IMG/VR virus record: IMGVR_UViG_3300025508_000025
Coordinates: 1-52,651 of that record
Source of the DNA: a virus
Taxonomy: Duplodnaviria > Caudoviricetes
Length of the DNA stretch: 52,651 nt
Direction: 5' to 3' (one strand)
The notes under the pieces are model-generated. The model had not been told where the DNA came from. It did not search any database and was given only the letters and a program-made list of their open reading frames with translations. A program made the position numbers and the translations under genes. Positions 44,085-52,651 of the stretch are shown here, piece after piece; within the stretch, counting starts at the first letter, position 1; every line of letters starts with the position of its first letter.

Positions 44085-45573
44085 GAATGTACTAAGTAAA
44101 GTTAAAAACTTATCTGCTGATCAAAAGCAGGAATTGCTTTCCCTATTAGAAGAATTAGAAAAAGCCAAAGGCAGAGAGAAATGCCATGAAGACTTTATGA
44201 CCTTTGTTGGGGAGATGTGGTCAGCTTTTATTCATGGTAGACATCATGAGATCATGGCGGATGCTTTTGAGAGAGTCGCTAAAGGCGATCTGAAGCGTTT
44301 AATTATTAATATGCCACCTCGACATACCAAGAGTGAGTTCGCTTCGTACCTCCTCCCTGCGTGGTTCTTAGGTAAATACCCAGATAAGAAAATTATCCAG
44401 ACTGCCCATACTGCTGAACTAGCGGTTGGCTTTGGTAGGAAGGTTAGGAACTTAGTCAACAGTGCCGATTACAAAGCTGTGTTTCCCAATGTTAGTTTGC
44501 AGTCAGATTCAAAAGCTGCTGGAAGATGGAACACAAACCAAGGCGGAGATTACTTTGCGATTGGTGTAGGTGGTGCGGTAACTGGTAAAGGTGCTGATCT
44601 ACTTATTATTGACGATCCCCATTCCGAACAAGAGGGAGCTTCTTCAGACATCAATGTATTCAATCGTACCTATGAATGGTACACCTCTGGTCCTAGACAG
44701 CGTTTGCAACCGAATGGTGCAATTGTGGTGGTCATGACTAGATGGCACAACAAAGATTTAACAGGTCAAGTAGTCGATGCTAGTGTAAAGCGTGGCGGTG
44801 CTGACCAGTGGGAAGTCATAGAGCTTCCTGCAATCATGCCTTCTGGAAACCCCTTGTGGGCAGAATTCTGGAAGATGGAAGAGTTACAGGCTTTGAAAGC
44901 CGAGCTACCCAACAGTAAATGGATGGCACAATATCAGCAAGACCCAACCTCTGAAGAAGGAGCTTTGGTTAAGCGTGAGTGGTGGCAAGTGTGGGAAAAC
45001 AGAGAGCCACCTGACTGTGAGTTTATTATCCAGTCATGGGATACAGCTTTCATGAAAAATCAAAGAGCTGACTTTTCTGCTTGTACTACATGGGGAGTTT
45101 TCTATAAAGAAGATGACGATGGGATGATTTCTCCTTTTGTTATTCTGTTAGATGCTTACAAAGAACGATTAGAGTTTCCTGATCTTAAAACAAGAGCCAT
45201 GGAAAAATACAACGAATACAAGCCAGATGCCTTCATTGTAGAAGCTAAGGCTGCTGGTATGCCCTTAATATTTGAATTACGAGCTATGGGTATACCTGTA
45301 CAAGAATACACACCAAGCAGGGGTAACGATAAAATTTCAAGAGTTAATGCAGTCTCTGATCTTTTTGCTTCAGGAGTTATTTATGCTCCTTCGACAAGAT
45401 GGGCAGAAGAAGTGGTAGAAGAATTTGCAGGTTTTCCTAATATGGAACATGACGATTTAGTTGATAGCTCTACTCAAGCTCTGTTAAGATTCAGACAAGG
45501 TGGTTTTATTCCATTACATTCAGACGAAGAGGATGAGCCTTTGGAACATAATCGTACCGCAAATTATTACTAG
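44077..45573 (+). CDS. terL: Terminase large subunit
   Basis: INMPPRHTKS, LIIDDP, VMTRWH, QSWDTA, HDDLVDS. Confidence 0.95.
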   Translation: MNKNVLSKVKNLSADQKQELLSLLEELEKAKGREKCHEDFMTFVGEMWSAFIHGRHHEIMADAFERVAKGDLKRLIINMPPRHTKSEFASYLLPAWFLGKYPDKKIIQTAHTAELAVGFGRKVRNLVNSADYKAVFPNVSLQSDSKAAGRWNTNQGGDYFAIGVGGAVTGKGADLLIIDDPHSEQEGASSDINVFNRTYEWYTSGPRQRLQPNGAIVVVMTRWHNKDLTGQVVDASVKRGGADQWEVIELPAIMPSGNPLWAEFWKMEELQALKAELPNSKWMAQYQQDPTSEEGALVKREWWQVWENREPPDCEFIIQSWDTAFMKNQRADFSACTTWGVFYKEDDDGMISPFVILLDAYKERLEFPDLKTRAMEKYNEYKPDAFIVEAKAAGMPLIFELRAMGIPVQEYTPSRGNDKISRVNAVSDLFASGVIYAPSTRWAEEVVEEFAGFPNMEHDDLVDSSTQALLRFRQGGFIPLHSDEEDEPLEHNRTANYY

Positions 45574-45582
45574 GAGATTCAA

Positions 45583-48057
45583 TTGGCTATAGAAAGACAA
45601 CAAGCTACACCTGAAGATGGAACAATAGAACAAGACCCTCAAGAACAAGGATTAAGTATTTCTATTGAAAATCCAGACTCAGTAGCAATTGAAACTGAAG
45701 ATGGTGGAATGATTATTGACTTTGATCCTAATGCTAAAGAAATAGGTGACATAGAATTTGATTCTAATCTAGCAGATCATATAGATGATGGTATTTTGCA
45801 AGAGCTAGGTTCTAAACTTGTAGGTGACTACAACGGAGACAAAGACTCACGATCAGAGTGGGAAGAAACTTACACGAAAGGTTTAGATCAACTAGGACTC
45901 AAGATAGAAGAAAGAACAACCCCTTGGTCAGGAGCTTGTGGTGTATTTCATCCAATGCTTAGTGAAGCTGTTATACGCTTTCAATCCCAATCAATTACAG
46001 AAATGTTTCCTGCTGCTGGACCAGTCAGAACTAAAATAGTAGGAAAGATTACAGAAGAAAAAGAAAAACAATCGCAGAGAGTAGAAGATTACTTAAACTA
46101 CTTGCTGACACATGAGATGTCAGAGTACAGAACTGAAACAGAAAAGATGTTATTTTCATTGCCATTGGCAGGTTCTGCATTTAGAAAAGTTTACTTTGAT
46201 CCTAGCTTAGATAGACCGAGTTCTATCTTTGTACCAGCAGAAGATGTTGTGGTTAACTATGGAGCAAGTGATTTAGAAACTTGTGAAAGAGCTACCCATG
46301 TTATGCGTAAATCTTCTAATGTAGTTAGAAAAATGCAAGTTAATGGTTTCTATAGAGACATAGATATTCCTGATGGCTCACAAAAAATTTCTGATATCAA
46401 TAAAAAGTATGACGAAATTACTGGTGAATCAGATACTTATAACTACGATCAAAGCCATACAATATTAGAAATGCAGGTAGATTTAGACCTTGAAGGGTTT
46501 GAAGATACCGATGACTCAGGAAAAGAAACAGGTATAGCTATACCTTATGTTGTTACTATTGATTTTCCAAGTGGCATTATTCTTAGCATACGCAGAAACT
46601 ATTATGAAGATGACACTAAAAAGTTAAGAAGAATGCACTTTGTACATTATCAATACTTACCAGGATTAGGTTTCTATGGGTTTGGTTTGATACATATGGT
46701 AGGAGGATTAGCCAAGTCAGCTACATCCATACTAAGACAATTAGTAGATGCAGGTACTTTAAGTAATTTACCTGGTGGTTTAAAAGCTAGAGGACTCAGA
46801 ATTAAGGGAGATGATACTCCTATCATGCCTGGAGAATTTAGAGATGTTGATGTACCAGGTGGTGCTATTAGAGACAACATTACATTCTTACCATACAAAG
46901 AACCATCGTCTACATTATTTGCATTGCTAGGAAACATAGTAGAAGAAGGCAGAAGGTTTGCCAGTATGTCAGACATGAAAGTATCTGATATGAGCAACAA
47001 TGCACCTGTTGGAACTACACTAGCATTGCTAGAAAGAAATCAAAAAGTTATGAGTGCTGTGCAATCTAGACTTCACGCTTCAATGCGTAAAGAGTTTGAT
47101 ATATTAGTTGGCATTGTAAAAGACTTTACAGACCCTTCTTATCCTTATGAAACAGATGAAGGAGAAGATATTAAAGCAGAAGATTTTGATAACAGAGTAG
47201 ATGTACTACCAGTATCTGATCCTAATGCAGCAACAATGGCTCAAAGAATTATGCAATATCAAGCAGCTATGCAACTAGCTCAGTCTGCTCCTGATATGTA
47301 TAACTTACCTGAACTACATAGACAGATGCTTAATGTATTAGGCATTGAAGATGTAGAAGATATCATTCCTGATATTGATGATGTTAAATCAGTTGACCCA
47401 GTTACTGCAGTACAAAATATTATTAATGGAAAACCAGTCAAAGCATTCATTGATCAAGATCATGAAGCACACATTGCTGTAGTTACATCAGCACAGCAAG
47501 ACCCACAAATACAACAACTTGTAGGTCAGAGTCCAAATGCACCTTCAATACTAGCTGCAGGTTCAGCTTATATTAATGAGCATTTATCAATGCAATACAG
47601 AAAAGAAGTTGAAGAAGAAATGGGCGTAGAGTTACCACCAGAAGGTGAGCCATTACCAGCAGATGTTGAGAAACGTATATCAAGCCTTGTAGCAGAAGCA
47701 GCCAAGCGAGTATTAGGTACTTCACAAGCTCAAGCTGAACAACAAAGAGTACAAGAGCAACAAAAAGACCCACTCATTCAAGCTAAAGAAAAAGAAGTCG
47801 CAATTAAAGAAGCACAAGCAAAAGCTAAAATAGAAATAGATGAAGGCAGATTATTACTTGATGCTACTAAAGCTGCATCAAATAAACAAATACAAGAAGC
47901 TAGGCTTAAACAAGAACAAGAAATAGCTGGTGTTAAAATAGGACAGCAAGTTGCTAGTGATTTGATAGCACAAGAAACTTTAAAAACAAAACAATCAATA
48001 GAAGATTTTAAAACAGGTGTTGACATAGCTAATAATATGATTAAAGATAGCGATTAG
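45583..48057 (+). CDS. Portal protein
   Basis: Follows terL; 824 aa; GFYGFGLIH; TTG start with AGGAG SD. Confidence 0.85.
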   Translation: MAIERQQATPEDGTIEQDPQEQGLSISIENPDSVAIETEDGGMIIDFDPNAKEIGDIEFDSNLADHIDDGILQELGSKLVGDYNGDKDSRSEWEETYTKGLDQLGLKIEERTTPWSGACGVFHPMLSEAVIRFQSQSITEMFPAAGPVRTKIVGKITEEKEKQSQRVEDYLNYLLTHEMSEYRTETEKMLFSLPLAGSAFRKVYFDPSLDRPSSIFVPAEDVVVNYGASDLETCERATHVMRKSSNVVRKMQVNGFYRDIDIPDGSQKISDINKKYDEITGESDTYNYDQSHTILEMQVDLDLEGFEDTDDSGKETGIAIPYVVTIDFPSGIILSIRRNYYEDDTKKLRRMHFVHYQYLPGLGFYGFGLIHMVGGLAKSATSILRQLVDAGTLSNLPGGLKARGLRIKGDDTPIMPGEFRDVDVPGGAIRDNITFLPYKEPSSTLFALLGNIVEEGRRFASMSDMKVSDMSNNAPVGTTLALLERNQKVMSAVQSRLHASMRKEFDILVGIVKDFTDPSYPYETDEGEDIKAEDFDNRVDVLPVSDPNAATMAQRIMQYQAAMQLAQSAPDMYNLPELHRQMLNVLGIEDVEDIIPDIDDVKSVDPVTAVQNIINGKPVKAFIDQDHEAHIAVVTSAQQDPQIQQLVGQSPNAPSILAAGSAYINEHLSMQYRKEVEEEMGVELPPEGEPLPADVEKRISSLVAEAAKRVLGTSQAQAEQQRVQEQQKDPLIQAKEKEVAIKEAQAKAKIEIDEGRLLLDATKAASNKQIQEARLKQEQEIAGVKIGQQVASDLIAQETLKTKQSIEDFKTGVDIANNMIKDSD

Positions 48058-48058
48058 T

Positions 48059-48262
48059 ATGACAAATGAAATCACTGAGCTATCACTTTCAGAACATCTG
48101 AAGTTAAAGTATCGTGGTATGATGAATGAACACGCTGATCATATTGCTACAGGAGCTTGTAAAGACTTTCCTGATTATCAAAAAATGGTTGGTATTATCG
48201 AGGGGATTGCCCTCGCAGAAAGAGAACTACTAGATTATATTGAAAGGGTTCTCGAACAATAG
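48059..48262 (+). CDS. Hypothetical head-module protein
   Basis: DYQKMVGIIEGI motif after portal. Confidence 0.6.
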   Translation: MTNEITELSLSEHLKLKYRGMMNEHADHIATGACKDFPDYQKMVGIIEGIALAERELLDYIERVLEQ

Positions 48263-48293
48263 GAACTCGACTCCTAAAGTCGTGCATAAAAAT

Positions 48294-48698
48294 ATGAGTA
48301 AAAAGGAAAAAATAAACATTCCAGAACCAGAAAGCGTTGAAACTCCTGTCGTAGAAGAAAATATAAAAAGCCAACTACCTGAACCAAAAGGGTGGAAGAT
48401 TCTTATAGCTATGCCTAGAGTAGACGAAAAAACTGATGGCGGTATTATAAAAGCAACTACAACTCTTAGAGATGAAGAAGTAAGTAATATTTGTGGATAT
48501 GTTTTAAAACTAGGCAATGAATGTTACAACGACATTAAAAGGTTTCCAAGCGGACCTTGGTGTAAAGAAGGTGACTGGGTTGTTTTTAGAGCTTACTCAG
48601 GAACTCGCATGAAAATGTATGGACAAGAATTTCGTTTAATAAATGATGACACTGTGGAAGCAGTGGTCGATGATCCAACAGGAGTAGTAAGAGCATGA
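48294..48698 (+). CDS. groES: GroES-like co-chaperonin
   Basis: EPKGWKILI, EKTDGGII, WCKEGDWV, YSGTR, RLINDD; start MSKKEK. Confidence 0.75.
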   Translation: MSKKEKINIPEPESVETPVVEENIKSQLPEPKGWKILIAMPRVDEKTDGGIIKATTTLRDEEVSNICGYVLKLGNECYNDIKRFPSGPWCKEGDWVVFRAYSGTRMKMYGQEFRLINDDTVEAVVDDPTGVVRA

Positions 48699-49723
48699 GT
48701 AAAGCAGAAATAATTAATGAAGAGCCTGATTTTGAAGGTGTTGTTCCACAAACACAAGAAGATCAATTCTTTGGTAAGCAAACTGAAATAGATAATAAAA
48801 TTCCAGATGACTTAGAAGTTACTATTATTGATGATACTCCAGAAGAAGATCGTAGACCTGCAAAAGCAGAAGATGCTTCTCCAGAAGTAGATGACGATGT
48901 AGTTGACAAAGAAATAGCTGATTACAGCAAAAGAGCTGCTGATCGCATATCTAAAATTAAATACGAATACCACGAAGAGCGAAGAGCAAAAGAAGCAGCA
49001 GCAAGAGAATCTAAAGAAGCTGTAGCAAGATTGCAAACCATGATGTCAGAAAACCAAAGGCTACAAGCTATGGTTGAACAAGGTGGTGAAGTATTAAACA
49101 AACAAGCACATAACAATGCTTTGTGGGCAAAACAAAATGCTCAAGCAGAATTTAAGAAAGCCTACGAAGAAGGCGATGCTGATGCTATGACTAAAGCACA
49201 AGAGATGATAGCTAGAGCTACTCTTGCAGAACAACAGTCAAATAACATGGCAGAAAATGTACAAGCAGAAGTTACTAAAAATATGCCTGTGCAACAACCT
49301 GCAACACAACAACAAGAACTTGATCCTGATATGAAAGCATGGTCAAGTAAAAATCCTTGGTTTATGAGTACAGTACCTGAACATCAAGAAATGAGTTCAT
49401 ATGCTTTAACCATTGATCAAAGACTTCGTAATCAGGGAATAAATCCTGAAGAAGATTCACAAAAATATTACGCAGAAGTAGATAAAAATATGCGTAATGA
49501 ATACCCAAATTTCTTTGGAGTTCAAGTAGATCAGACTGCAGAAGTAGTCAGTGAAGCTGGAACAACAAAACGACAACCTTCAACAGTTGTTGCATCCGCC
49601 ACGAGGGATAGCGGAAATAAGAAACCCTCGCAAGTACGTCTGACTCAGACACAAGTTAAATTAGCACGACAACTTGGTATAAGTCCTGAGCAGTATGCAA
49701 ACCAATTATTAAAGGAGATTTAA
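48695..49723 (+). CDS. Capsid scaffolding protein
   Basis: Acidic coiled-coil; C-terminal LTQTQVKLARQLGISPEQYA; upstream of capsid gene. Confidence 0.65.
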   Translation: MSKAEIINEEPDFEGVVPQTQEDQFFGKQTEIDNKIPDDLEVTIIDDTPEEDRRPAKAEDASPEVDDDVVDKEIADYSKRAADRISKIKYEYHEERRAKEAAARESKEAVARLQTMMSENQRLQAMVEQGGEVLNKQAHNNALWAKQNAQAEFKKAYEEGDADAMTKAQEMIARATLAEQQSNNMAENVQAEVTKNMPVQQPATQQQELDPDMKAWSSKNPWFMSTVPEHQEMSSYALTIDQRLRNQGINPEEDSQKYYAEVDKNMRNEYPNFFGVQVDQTAEVVSEAGTTKRQPSTVVASATRDSGNKKPSQVRLTQTQVKLARQLGISPEQYANQLLKEI

Positions 49724-49724
49724 T

Positions 49725-50237
49725 ATGTCAGATAAAGATACATCTAATAAGGAAGTTAAAACTGACTCTCCTGAAGAACAAGTGCGTACTCCAAGGAGTT
49801 TAGATAGTCGAGAAATCGATCAAAGACCAATGAGCTGGGATGCAGCAGGTAATCTTCCAGAGCCTGATCCGCAAGACGGATGGGTATTCAGATGGATTAG
49901 AACTACCCTATTAGGGCAGACTGATAATCCAAATGTTTCTAGAAGAATGAGGGAAGGGTGGAAGCCAGTCCGACTTGAAGATCATCCAGAACTTCAAATA
50001 CAAATGCAGGATCACAACTCAGAATGGGCAAAGAAAGGTCACATAGAAATAGGCGGACAATTATTATGTAAGATGGCACAAGAGAGAGCGATAGCTAGAG
50101 ATAAACACTTTAGTGAACTATCTGCTTCTCAAGTAGATTCTGTTGATAATACTTATTTTAAAGACCAAGACAATCGAATGGCGACCAAACAAGTGTTTGA
50201 GCGTAAATCGAGAACAACTTTTGGGAAAGATTCTTAG
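49725..50237 (+). CDS. Conserved head-module hypothetical protein
   Basis: GWVFRWIR, REGWKPV, GGQLLCK. Confidence 0.6.
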   Translation: MSDKDTSNKEVKTDSPEEQVRTPRSLDSREIDQRPMSWDAAGNLPEPDPQDGWVFRWIRTTLLGQTDNPNVSRRMREGWKPVRLEDHPELQIQMQDHNSEWAKKGHIEIGGQLLCKMAQERAIARDKHFSELSASQVDSVDNTYFKDQDNRMATKQVFERKSRTTFGKDS

Positions 50238-50271
50238 AATCTTTTTTTATTAATTTAATAAGGAGACAATT

Positions 50272-50859
50272 ATGTCAACCACAGCAACTCCCTATGGGAG
50301 CAGACCTATTGGTACTATCGTTGGAAGCCCTTATCAAGGAAAAGTTACACATTACAAAATCAAAAATGCATATGGTACAGACATATTCTATGGCGATATT
50401 GTAAAGTTAGCTGATGACAACCCTAATACTACTATCCAAAAAGATACTGGTACTACGTCTTTAACACCGATTGGTGTTTTCCTTGGTTGTGCTTACACTG
50501 ATCCTACTACAGGTCAATTCACACCAAATCAATATTTTCCAGCTTCAATAGCTGCAGATGATATTGTTGCGTATGTTGCTACTGATCCTTTTGTAATCAT
50601 GCAAATGCAAGGCGATGAAACTCTTACTCAAGATGACTTGGGCAAGAATTGTGCTATCGTGCAAACTGCAGGAACTACAACTATTGGAAACAGTAAAAAC
50701 AGCGTAGATGGGAGTACAGCAGCTAATACCGCCACACTACCACTAAAGATTATCGACTTTGTCGATGGTCCTGATAGTGCAATTGGCGATGAGTTTACTG
50801 ATGTACTTGTAATGTTTAACGTAGGGCATCAATTGCTCAACACAACTGGCATAGGCTAA
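50272..50859 (+). CDS. Minor capsid/decoration protein
   Basis: IFYGDIV, IGVFLGC; directly before MCP. Confidence 0.55.
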   Translation: MSTTATPYGSRPIGTIVGSPYQGKVTHYKIKNAYGTDIFYGDIVKLADDNPNTTIQKDTGTTSLTPIGVFLGCAYTDPTTGQFTPNQYFPASIAADDIVAYVATDPFVIMQMQGDETLTQDDLGKNCAIVQTAGTTTIGNSKNSVDGSTAANTATLPLKIIDFVDGPDSAIGDEFTDVLVMFNVGHQLLNTTGIG

Positions 50860-50869
50860 GGAGTAAATA

Positions 50870-51784
50870 ATGGCAGCTATATCAAGAGCTAATGAGCTCA
50901 AGCAACTATTACCTGGACTTAACGCCTTGTTTGGTGAAGAGTATGGTAATTACGAAAACGAGCACGAAGAAATTTATGTTTCAGAGAATTCCGAGAGATC
51001 ATTTGAGGAAGAACTAAAACTATCTGGCTTCGGTGCAGCACCTGTAAAGAATGAAGGATCAACTATCAGTTATGATACTGCTCAAGAATCTTTTGTGGCT
51101 CGTTACACACACGAAACTATCGCAATGGGATATTCAGTTACAGAGGAAGCTATGGAAGATAATCTATATGTTTCTTTGTCAGCTAGATATACTAAAGCAC
51201 TAGCTCGTGCAATGGCTTACACAAAGCAAGTAAAAGGAGCATTTCCATTAAACAATGGATTTAGCACTGCATTTACTTCAGGCGATGGGGTTGCTTTATT
51301 TAGCACAGCTCATCCACTTGTAAGTGGCGGAACTAACAGCAATAGACCTACAACAGGAGCTGACTTGAATGAAACATCTTTAGAAGATGCGATCATCCAA
51401 ATTGGTAAATATACTGATGAAAGAGGTCTTAAAATTGCTGCACGAGCTAAAAAACTAATAGTACCATCTGAACTTCAGTTTGTTGCTACTAGGCTTTTAC
51501 AAAGTGACTATAGAGTTGGAACGGCTGACAATGACATCAATGCGGTAAAAACTAATGGAGTGATTCCAGAAGGCTATTCAGTTAATCATTATTTAACTGA
51601 TACTAATGCTTTCTTTATCACTACTGATGTTCCAGACGGCATGAAGCATTTCGTCAGAGCACCGATGACAACATCTATGGATGGTGATTTTGAAACTGGT
51701 AATGTTAGATATAAAGCTAGAGAAAGATATTCCTTTGGAGTATCCGATCCGCTTGGTATCTATGGTTCACCAGGTAGTTCGTAA
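50870..51784 (+). CDS. Major capsid protein
   Basis: 304 aa; GDGVALFSTAHP, DFETGNVRYKARERYSFG; strong SD and terminator. Confidence 0.85.
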   Translation: MAAISRANELKQLLPGLNALFGEEYGNYENEHEEIYVSENSERSFEEELKLSGFGAAPVKNEGSTISYDTAQESFVARYTHETIAMGYSVTEEAMEDNLYVSLSARYTKALARAMAYTKQVKGAFPLNNGFSTAFTSGDGVALFSTAHPLVSGGTNSNRPTTGADLNETSLEDAIIQIGKYTDERGLKIAARAKKLIVPSELQFVATRLLQSDYRVGTADNDINAVKTNGVIPEGYSVNHYLTDTNAFFITTDVPDGMKHFVRAPMTTSMDGDFETGNVRYKARERYSFGVSDPLGIYGSPGSS

Positions 51785-51793
51785 GAACACTTA

Positions 51794-51822
51794 GGGGGAG
51801 CTTATGTTCCCCCTTTTTTTTT
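51794..51822 (+). terminator. Intrinsic terminator after MCP
   Basis: GGGGGAGC-TTAT-GTTCCCCC-T9. Confidence 0.85.
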
Positions 51823-51904
51823 AATCTAGGGAATTTTTAATTAATCTATCAACTGCCCTAGCAGACTTGCCAAGATGATAGATACTTTCTTTTAGGAGAA
51901 TAAA

Positions 51905-52468
51905 ATGGCTAACACAACATTTAATGGACCAGTTAGGTCCGAAGGTGGTTTTGAACAAATCACTAAAAATAGCACAACAGGTGCAATTACAACAAACCTT
52001 GATATTTCATCAGCAGGTGCAATTACTACTTCAAGTACAATTAATGCAAAACAGGTAGTAGATACTACTTTTAATGCGGCTGGAGCAGCATCAGCTACTT
52101 TAACAGCAGCTCAATCAGGAACTTTGTTTTTGATTAATGGAGCAGCAAACAATGTAATTACCTTACCTGCTGTATCTACTGATAATGTAGGAGTTCATTA
52201 TGACTTTCAACTTACAGTAGCAGTTGGTGGCAGTGTAACTACTACTATTGTACTTCCAGGTTCTGGTGTATCAGATTTCCAAGCAATGCTTTCATTGGTT
52301 GCAGGAACAGCAGCTAACGCAGTAAGTGATGTAGCAGGAGATACTTTAACCCTAGTAAACTCAACAGTTGCAAATGCTAGAGTATCTATGACTTGTGTTT
52401 CAGATGATGGAACAAATTCCAAGTGGATGACAACTGCTCTATCAACTCCAATAGCTACAGTAGCTTAA
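51905..52468 (+). CDS. Virion structural protein
   Basis: MANTTFNGPVRSEGGF; Thr/Ala-rich; follows MCP. Confidence 0.6.
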   Translation: MANTTFNGPVRSEGGFEQITKNSTTGAITTNLDISSAGAITTSSTINAKQVVDTTFNAAGAASATLTAAQSGTLFLINGAANNVITLPAVSTDNVGVHYDFQLTVAVGGSVTTTIVLPGSGVSDFQAMLSLVAGTAANAVSDVAGDTLTLVNSTVANARVSMTCVSDDGTNSKWMTTALSTPIATVA

Positions 52469-52480
52469 CAGGAGTACATT

Positions 52481-52651
52481 ATGTCAGGATATTCAGATGT
52501 ACAAGCAGTTACTATAACTGCTGACACAGTAGCCTTAGACGCAGATGGAATATCAGTCGCAGCCTCAGTTGGAAATAACGCAGCACTTGTAATAGGTGGT
52601 GCGTTAGCTTCAGGTGGTGCAGTTTCACTTAGTCATGGAAGGATTGTAACG
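52481..52651 (+). CDS. Structural protein (3' partial)
   Basis: AGGAG SD; MSGYSDVQAVTITAD..., open to window end. Confidence 0.55.
   Translation, partial: MSGYSDVQAVTITADTVALDADGISVAASVGNNAALVIGGALASGGAVSLSHGRIVT

Noticed and set aside
50226-50248. Terminator after 49725..50237
   Set aside because: AT-rich stem with a 3-nt loop inside the head operon; too weak to call
51826-51883. Pistol or twister ribozyme call
   Set aside because: Pseudoknot resembles pistol but the P1 hairpin and conserved catalytic residues are not evident
1-52651. Integrase, att sites, tRNAs, DNA or RNA polymerase
   Set aside because: No recognisable motifs by eye; the window lacks part of the genome, so absence is not proven

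Overview
Near-complete, AT-rich genome of an uncultured short-tailed (podovirus-like) dsDNA phage, probably marine. The window starts inside a tail-fibre gene and ends just after the capsid genes. 1-26.7 kb (+): tail, accessory, lysis and ejection genes, including a 2421-aa polyvalent protein. 26.7-32.4 kb (-): recombination genes (RusA, Ref-like HNH, SSB, Sak3-like, PD-(D/E)XK nuclease). 32.5-35.1 kb (+): T7 gp4-like primase-helicase. 36.3-42.9 kb (-): putative early operon. 43.0-52.6 kb (+): terminase, portal and head genes. I recognise no DNA polymerase, RNA polymerase, integrase, tRNA or CRISPR array. Main discovery: six hammerhead ribozymes (three type III, three type I, several with variant cores) lie on the sense strand of the early operon, one in the leader and one in each of its five large intergenic gaps. 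Three start at the base after a stop codon, and one pairs with the downstream Shine-Dalgarno (SD). Several early genes carry their SD in UUGGAG-loop hairpins, and a separate predicted ~140-nt RNA next to tandem DnaA boxes displays the complementary CUCCAA loop. Together these suggest an RNA-based mRNA-processing and translational-control system. All structures were folded by eye and protein calls come from recalled motifs, not searches.
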